Part shown: positions 56,701 to 64,000 of the stretch, piece after piece | How positions within the stretch are numbered: the first letter of the stretch is position 1 | How the letters are laid out: each line of letters opens with the position of its first letter | Assembly (NCBI GenBank): GCA_964016885.1 | Contig: OZ024748.1 | Span: 37,510,001-37,574,000, forward strand | Source: Eledone cirrhosa | Taxonomy: Eukaryota | DNA length: 64,000 bases | Direction of reading: 5' to 3' | Translations under genes and position numbers: made by a program | The notes under the pieces: model-generated | Seen by the model: the letters and a program-made list of their open reading frames with translations, nothing else | What the model was told of the DNA's origin: nothing | The model's database searches: none

Positions 56701-59700
56701 ATCTAGTGTGACAATGTTAGTGTCAGTGTTAACTACCTCTAGATCTAGTATGACAATGTCAGTGTCAGTGTTAACTACCTCTAGATCTAGTATGACAATG
56801 TCAGTGTCAGTGTTAACTACCTCTAGATCTAGTATGACAATGTTAGTGTCAGTGTTAACTACCTCTAGATCTAGTGTGACAATGTTAATGTCAGTGTTAA
56901 CTACCTCTAGATCTAGTATGACAATGTTAGTGTCAGTGTTAACTACCACTAGATCTAGTATGACAATGTTAGTGTCAGTGTTAACTACCTCTAGATCTAG
57001 TATGGCAATGTTAGTGACAGTGTTAACTACCTCTAGATCTAGTATGACAATGTTAGTGTCAGTGTTAACTACCTCTAGATCTAGTATGACAATGTCAGTG
57101 TCATTGTTAACTATCTCTAGATCTAGTGTGACAATATCAGTGTCAGGGTTAACTACCTCAAGATCTAGTGTGACAATGTTAGTGTAAGTGTTAACAACCT
57201 CTAGATCTAGTATGACAATGTTAGTGTCAGTGTTAACTACCTGTAGATCTAGTATGACAATGTCAGTGTCAGGGTTAACTACCTCTAGATCTACTATGAC
57301 AATGTTAGTGTCAGTGTTAACTACCACTAGATCTAGTGTGACAATGTTAGTGTCAGTGTTAACTACCTCTAGATCTAGTGTGACAATGTTAGTGTCAGTG
57401 TTAACTACCACTAGATCTAGTATGACAATGTCAGTGTCAGTGTTAACTACCTCTAGATCTAGTATTACAATGTTAGTGTCAGTGTTAACTACCTCTAGAT
57501 CTAGTGTGACAATGTTAGTGTCAGTGTTAACTACCACTAGATGTAGTATGACAATGTCAGTGTCAGTGTTAACTACCTCTAGATCTAGTGTGACAATGTT
57601 AGTGTCAGTGTTAACTACCTCTAGATCTAGTGTGACAATGTTAGTGTCAGTGTTAACTACCTCTAGATATAGTATGACAATGTCAGTGTCAGTGTTAACT
57701 ACCTCTAGATCTAGTATGCCAATGTTAGTGTCAGTGTTAACTACCTCAAGATCTAGTGTGACAATGTTAGTGTCAGTGTTAACTACCTCTAGATCTAGTG
57801 TGACAATGTTAGTGTCAGTGTTAACTACCACTAGATCTAGTATGACAATGTCAGTGTCAGTGTTAACTACCTCTAGATCTAGTGTGACAATGTTAGTGTC
57901 AGTGTTAACTACCACTAGATCTAGTATGACAATGTAAGTGTCAGTGTTAACTACCTCTAGATCTAGTATGACAATGTTAGTGTCAGTGTTAACTACCTCT
58001 AGATCTAGTGTGACAATGTCAGTGTCAGTGTTAACTACCTCAAGATCTAGTGTGACAATGTTAGTGTCAGTGTTAACTACCTCTAGATCTAGTGTGACAA
58101 TGTTAGTGTCAGTGTTAACTACCTCTAGATCTAGTATGACAATGTCAGTGTCAGTGTTAACTACCTCTAGATCTAGTATGACAATTTCAGTGTCAGTGTT
58201 AACTACCTCTAGATCTAGTATGTCAATGTCAGTGTCAGGGTTAACTACCTCTAGATCTAGTGTGACAATGTTAGTGTCAGTGTTAACTACCACAAGATCT
58301 AGTATGACAATGTTAGTGTCAGTGTTAACTACCTCTAGATCTAGTGTGACAATGTTAGTGTCAGTGTTAACTACCTGTAGATCTAGTATGACAATGTCAG
58401 TGTCAGGGTTAACTACCTCTAGATCTACTATGACAATGTTAGTGTCAGTGTTAACTACCACTAGATCTAGTATGACAATGTCAGTGTCAGGGTTAACTAC
58501 CTCTAGATCTAGTATGACAATGTTAGTGTCAGTGTTAACTACCTCTAGATCTAGTATGACAATGTTAGTGTCAGTGTTAACTACCTCTAGATCTAGTAAG
58601 ACAATGTCAGTGTCAGGGTTAACTACCTCTAGATCTAGTATGACAATGTTAGTGTCAGTGTTAACTACCTCTAGATCTAGTATGACAATGTTAGTGTCAG
58701 TGTTAACTACCACTAGATCTAGTATGACAATGTCAGTGTCAGGGTTAACTACCTCTAGATCTAGTATGACAATGTTAGTGTCAGTGTTAACTACCTCTAG
58801 ATCTAGTATGACAATGTTAGTGTCAGTGTTAACTACCTCAAGATCTAGTATGACAATGTTCGTGTCAGTGTTAACTACCTCTAGATATAGTATGACAATG
58901 TCAGTGTCAGGGTTAACTACCTCTAGATCTAGTATGACAATGTTAGTGTCAGTGTTAACTACCTCTAGATCTAGTATGACAATGTTAGTGTCAGTGTTAA
59001 CTACCTCTAGATCTAGTATGACAGTGTTCGTGTCAGTGTTAACTACCTCTAGATATAGTATGACAATGTCAGTGTCAGTGTTAACTACCACTAGATCTAG
59101 TGTGACAATGTCAGTGTCAGTGTTAACTACCTCAAGATCTAGTGTGACAATGTTAGTGTCAGTGTTAACTACCTCTAGATCTAGTATGACAATGTTAGTG
59201 TCAGTGTTAACTACCACTAGATCTAGTGTGACAATGTCAGTGTCAGTGTTAACTACCTCAAGATCTAGTGTGACAATGTTAGTGTCAGTGTTAACTACCT
59301 CTAGATCTAGTGTGACAATGTTAGTGTCAGTGTTAACTACCACTAGATCTAGTATGACAATGTCAGTGTCAGTGTTAACTACCTCTAGATCTAGTATGAC
59401 AATGTTAGTGTCAGTGTTAACTACCTCTAGATCTAGTGTGACAATGTCAGTGTCAGAGTTAACTACCTCAAGATCTAGTGTGACAATGTTAGTGTCAGTG
59501 TTAACTACCTCTAGATCTAGTGTGACAATGTTAGTGTCAGTGTTAACTACCTCTAGATCTAGTGTGACAATGTTAGTGTCAGTGTTAACTACCACTAGAT
59601 CTAGTATGACAATGTCATAGTTAACTACCTCTAGATCTAGTATGACAATGTCAGTGTCAGTGTTAACTACCTCTAGATCTAGTGTGACAATGTTAGTGTC

Positions 59701-62262
59701 AGTGTTAACTACCTCTAGATCTAGTATGACAATGTCAGTGTCATTGTTAACTATCTCTAGATCTAGTGTGACAATATCAGTGTCAGGGTTAACTACCTCA
59801 AGATCTAGTGTGACAATGTTAGTGTAAGTGTTAACAACCTCTAGATCTAGTATGACAATGTTAGTGTCAGTGTTAACTACCTGTAGATCTAGTATGACAA
59901 TGTCAGTGTCAGGGTTAACTACCTCTAGATCTACTATGACAATGTTAGTGTCAGTGTTAACTACCACTAGATCTAGTGTGACAATGTTAGTGTCAGTGTT
60001 AACTACCTCTAGATCTAGTGTGACAATGTTAGTGTCAGTGTTAACTACCACTAGATCTAGTATGACAATGTCAGTGTCAGTGTTAACTACCTCTAGATCT
60101 AGTATTACAATGTTAGTGTCAGTGTTAACTACCTCTAGATCTAGTGTGACAATGTTAGTGTCAGTGTTAACTACCACTAGATGTAGTATGACAATGTCAG
60201 TGTCAGTGTTAACTACCTCTAGATCTAGTGTGACAATGTTAGTGTCAGTGTTAACTACCTCTAGATCTAGTGTGACAATGTTAGTGTCAGTGTTAACTAC
60301 CTCTAGATATAGTATGACAATGTCAGTGTCAGTGTTAACTACCTCTAGATCTAGTATGCCAATGTTAGTGTCAGTGTTAACTACCTCAAGATCTAGTGTG
60401 ACAATGTTAGTGTCAGTGTTAACTACCTCTAGATCTAGTGTGACAATGTTAGTGTCAGTGTTAACTACCACTAGATCTAGTATGACAATGTCAGTGTCAG
60501 TGTTAACTACCTCTAGATCTAGTGTGACAATGTTAGTGTCAGTGTTAACTACCACTAGATCTAGTATGACAATGTAAGTGTCAGTGTTAACTACCTCTAG
60601 ATCTAGTATGACAATGTTAGTGTCAGTGTTAACTACCTCTAGATCTAGTGTGACAATGTCAGTGTCAGTGTTAACTACCTCAAGATCTAGTGTGACAATG
60701 TTAGTGTCAGTGTTAACTACCTCTAGATCTAGTGTGACAATGTTAGTGTCAGTGTTAACTACCTCTAGATCTAGTATGACAATGTCAGTGTCAGTGTTAA
60801 CTACCTCTAGATCTAGTATGACAATTTCAGTGTCAGTGTTAACTACCTCTAGATCTAGTATGTCAATGTCAGTGTCAGGGTTAACTACCTCTAGATCTAG
60901 TGTGACAATGTTAGTGTCAGTGTTAACTACCACAAGATCTAGTATGACAATGTTAGTGTCAGTGTTAACTACCTCTAGATCTAGTGTGACAATGTTAGTG
61001 TCAGTGTTAACTACCTGTAGATCTAGTATGACAATGTCAGTGTCAGGGTTAACTACCTCTAGATCTACTATGACAATGTTAGTGTCAGTGTTAACTACCA
61101 CTAGATCTAGTATGACAATGTCAGTGTCAGGGTTAACTACCTCTAGATCTAGTATGACAATGTTAGTGTCAGTGTTAACTACCTCTAGATCTAGTATGAC
61201 AATGTTAGTGTCAGTGTTAACTACCTCTAGATCTAGTAAGACAATGTCAGTGTCAGGGTTAACTACCTCTAGATCTAGTATGACAATGTTAGTGTCAGTG
61301 TTAACTACCTCTAGATCTAGTATGACAATGTTAGTGTCAGTGTTAACTACCACTAGATCTAGTATGACAATGTCAGTGTCAGGGTTAACTACCTCTAGAT
61401 CTAGTATGACAATGTTAGTGTCAGTGTTAACTACCTCTAGATCTAGTATGACAATGTTAGTGTCAGTGTTAACTACCTCAAGATCTAGTATGACAATGTT
61501 CGTGTCAGTGTTAACTACCTCTAGATATAGTATGACAATGTCAGTGTCAGGGTTAACTACCTCTAGATCTAGTATGACAATGTTAGTGTCAGTGTAAACT
61601 ACCTCTAGATCTAGTATGACAATGTTAGTGTCAGTGTTAACTACCTCTAGATCTAGTATGACAGTGTTCGTGTCAGTGTTAACTACCTCTAGATATAGTA
61701 TGACAATGTCAGTGTCAGTGTTAACTACCACTAGATCTAGTGTGACAATGTCAGTGTCAGTGTTAACTACCTCAAGATCTAGTGTGACAATGTTAGTGTC
61801 AGTGTTAACTACCTCTAGATCTAGTATGACAATGTTAGTGTCAGTGTTAACTACCACTAGATCTAGTGTGACAATGTCAGTGTCAGTGTTAACTACCTCA
61901 AGATCTAGTGTGACAATGTTAGTGTCAGTGTTAACTACCTCTAGATCTAGTGTGACAATGTTAGTGTCAGTGTTAACTACCACTAGATCTAGTATGACAA
62001 TGTCAGTGTCAGTGTTAACTACCTCTAGATCTAGTATGACAATGTTAGTGTCAGTGTTAACTACCTCTAGATCTAGTGTGACAATGTCAGTGTCAGAGTT
62101 AACTACCTCAAGATCTAGTGTGACAATGTTAGTGTCAGTGTTAACTACCTCTAGATCTAGTGTGACAATGTTAGTGTCAGTGTTAACTACCTCTAGATCT
62201 AGTGTGACAATGTTAGTGTCAGTGTTAACTACCACTAGATCTAGTATGACAATGTCATAGTT
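32761..62262. repeat. Eleven copies of a 36-bp variant monomer (aactaccactagatctagtatgacaatgtcatagtt)
   Basis: Starts at 32761, 36997, 41527, 43453, 47101, 50161, 52801, 55441, 56527, 59587 and 62227. Each supplies the TAG that ends a plus-strand ORF and the NYD peptide in the minus frame. Confidence 0.95.
33900..42200. repeat. Duplication with 4530-bp offset (108 monomers including one 36-mer)
   Basis: ORFs 35264..37030 and 39794..41560 are near-identical. Private acttctag variant at ~35113 and ~39643; atcgag at 34156 and 38686. Boundaries are approximate. Confidence 0.85.
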
Positions 62263-64000
62263 AACTACCTCTAGATCTAGTATGACAATGTCAGTGTCAG
62301 TGTTAACTACCTCTAGATCTAGTGTGACAATGTTAGTGTCAGTGTTAACTACCTCTAGATCTAGTATGACAATGTTAGTGTCATTGTTAACTACCTCTAG
62401 ATCTAGTGTGACAATGTTAGTGTCAGTGTTAACTACCTCTAGATCTAGTATGACAATGTCAGTGTCAGTGTTAACTACCTCTAGATCTAGTATGACAATG
62501 TCAGTGTCAGTGTTAACTACCTCTAGATCTAGTATGACAATGTTAGTGTCAGTGTTAACTACCTCTAGATCTAGTGTGACAATGTTAATGTCAGTGTTAA
62601 CTACCTCTAGGTCTAGTATGACAATGTTAGTGTCAGTGTTAACTACCACTAGATCTAGTATGACAATGTTAGTGTCAGTGTTAACTACCTCTAGATCTAG
62701 TATGGCAATGTTAGTGACAGTGTTAACTACCTCTAGATCTAGTATGACAATGTTAGTGTCAGTGTTAACTACCTCTAGATCTAGTATGACAATGTCAGTG
62801 TCATTGTTAACTATCTCTAGATCTAGTGTGACAATATCAGTGTCAGGGTTAACTACCTCAAGATCTAGTGTGACAATGTTAGTGTAAGTGTTAACAACCT
62901 CTAGATCTAGTATGACAATGTTAGTGTCAGTGTTAACTACCTCTAGATCTAGTATGACAATGTCAGTGTCAGGGTTAACTACCTCAAGATCTAGTATGAC
63001 AATGTCAGTGTCAGTGTTAACTACCTCTAGATCTAGTGAGACGATGTTAGTGTCAGTGTTAACTACCTGTAGATCTAGTATGACAATGTCAGTGTCAGGG
63101 TTAACTACCTCTAGATCTACTATGACAATGTTAGTGTCAGTGTTAACTACCTCTAGATCTAGTGTGACAATGTTAGTGTCAGTGTTAACTACCACTAGAT
63201 CTAGTATGACAATGTCAGTGTCAGTGTTAACTACCTCTAGATCTAGTATTACAATGTTAGTGTCAGTGTTAACTACCTCTAGATCTAGTGTGACAATGTT
63301 AGTGTCAGTGTTAACTACCACTAGATGTAGTATGACAATGTCAGTGTCAGTGTTAACTACCTCTAGATCTAGTATGACAATGTTAGTGTCAGTGTTAACT
63401 ACCACTAGATCTAGTGTGACAATGTCAGTGTCAGTGTTAACTACCTCAAGATCTAGTGTGACAATGTTAGTGTCAGTGTTAACTACCTCTAGATCTAGTG
63501 TGACAATGTTAGTGTCAGTGTTAACTACCACTAGATCTAGTATGACAATGTCAGTGTCAGTGTTAACTACCTCTAGATCTAGTGTGACAATGTTAGTGTC
63601 AGTGTTAACTACCTGTAGATCTAGTATGACAATGTCAGTGTCAGGGTTAACTACCTCTAGATCTACTATGACAATGTTAGTGTCAGTGTTAACTACCACT
63701 AGATCTAGTATGACAATGTCAGTGTCAGGGTTAACTACCTCTAGATCTAGTATGACAATGTTAGTGTCAGTGTTAACTACCTCTAGATCTAGTATGACAA
63801 TGTTAGTGTCAGTGTTAACTACCTCTAGATCTAGTAAGACAATGTCAGTGTCAGGGTTAACTACCTCTAGATCTAGTATGACAATGTTAGTGTCAGTGTT
63901 AACTACCTCTAGATCTAGTATGACAATGTTAGTGTCAGTGTTAACTACCACTAGATCTAGTATGACAATGTCAGTGTCAGGGTTAACTACCTCTAGATCT
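46900..64000. repeat. 9426-bp super-period built from 3060/2640/2640/1086-bp higher-order units
   Basis: ORF boundaries 47156, 47762, 48512, 50216, 50402, 51152 and 52856 recur at +9426 (56582, 57188, 57938, 59642, 59828, 60578, 62282). Rare ctaggtctag variant at 53185 and 62611. Confidence 0.92.

Larger units (their letters stand above)
31261..63951 (-). other. Apparent giant repeat ORF (10896 aa of VVNTDTN/DIVI/TLDLE); coding status unproven, open past the window end
   Basis: From the ORF track. The start codon is just an internal repeat GTG. There is no unique domain or signal peptide in the window, and most common variants are non-synonymous. Confidence refers to this being a real CDS. 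Confidence 0.15.
1..64000. repeat. 42-bp tandem repeat array (satellite DNA), ~1525 monomers, open at both window ends
   Basis: Monomer AACTACCTCTAGATCTAGTRTGACAATGTYAGTGTCAGTGTT starts at position 1 and is still in phase at 32761 (32760 = 780x42). The remaining 31240 nt plus 11x6 deleted nt equals 745x42+16, which matches the terminal partial monomer aactacctctagatct. Single orientation throughout. Common polymorphic monomer positions: 8 (T/A), 10 (T/A), 15 (C/A), 20 (A/G), 30 (T/C), 39 (T/G). Confidence 0.99.

Noticed and set aside
32792-62260. Programmed stop-codon readthrough or recoding at the recurring TAG/TAA sites
   Set aside because: The recurrence is explained by duplication of higher-order units, and there is no evidence this frame is translated.
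20-62887. Plus-strand S/T-rich mucin-like proteins (all + ORFs in the track)
   Set aside because: All are the same frame of the repeat. Starts are internal ATG/GTG codons, and stops from several independent mutations were freely amplified, which argues against coding constraint.
1-64000. CRISPR array or other repeat-spacer system
   Set aside because: The palindromic repeat length is superficially similar, but monomers abut directly with no unique spacers, leader or cas genes.
1-64000. Synthetic construct suggested by XbaI (TCTAGA), BglII (AGATCT) and HpaI (GTTAAC) sites in most monomers
   Set aside because: The sites follow from the palindromic monomer. Hierarchically inherited variants and nested duplications indicate natural evolution.
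1-64000. Pure sequencing artefact (rolling-circle or concatemer read)
   Set aside because: There are no random indels, and rare variants recur at exact multiples of the monomer. Local misassembly of individual HOR copies cannot be excluded.
1-64000. Telomeric repeat, tRNA/rRNA array, transposon, or inversion within the array
   Set aside because: No G-run telomere motif, structural RNA signature, terminal repeats, transposase or strand switch was seen.

Overview
The whole 64-kb window is one uninterrupted head-to-tail tandem array (satellite/macrosatellite-type DNA) of a 42-bp monomer, consensus AACTACCTCTAGATCTAGTRTGACAATGTYAGTGTCAGTGTT (15-17 G+C of 42, no CpG in the consensus). It runs off both ends. 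Phase arithmetic gives 1525 full monomers plus 16 nt: 780 exact 42-mers up to position 32760, then 745 monomers of which 11 are a 36-bp variant. I see no unique sequence, conventional gene, RNA gene, transposon or CRISPR spacer. The monomer is 14 codons long and stop-free in one frame on each strand, which produces giant apparent ORFs (+: TTSRSSMTMLVSVL; -: VVNTDTNIVILDLE). The minus frame appears to have only one stop in 64 kb. Codon-level reasoning suggests this can arise without selection, so a coding role is unproven. The real structure is (i) a monomer built from three palindromes and 6-bp subunits, (ii) a 36-bp variant whose changes extend two palindromes at once, (iii) nested higher-order duplications of about 1.7-9.4 kb, and (iv) three sequential variant layers. 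The organism cannot be determined; a eukaryotic satellite is the most plausible reading. I cannot support a new biological system from this sequence alone.
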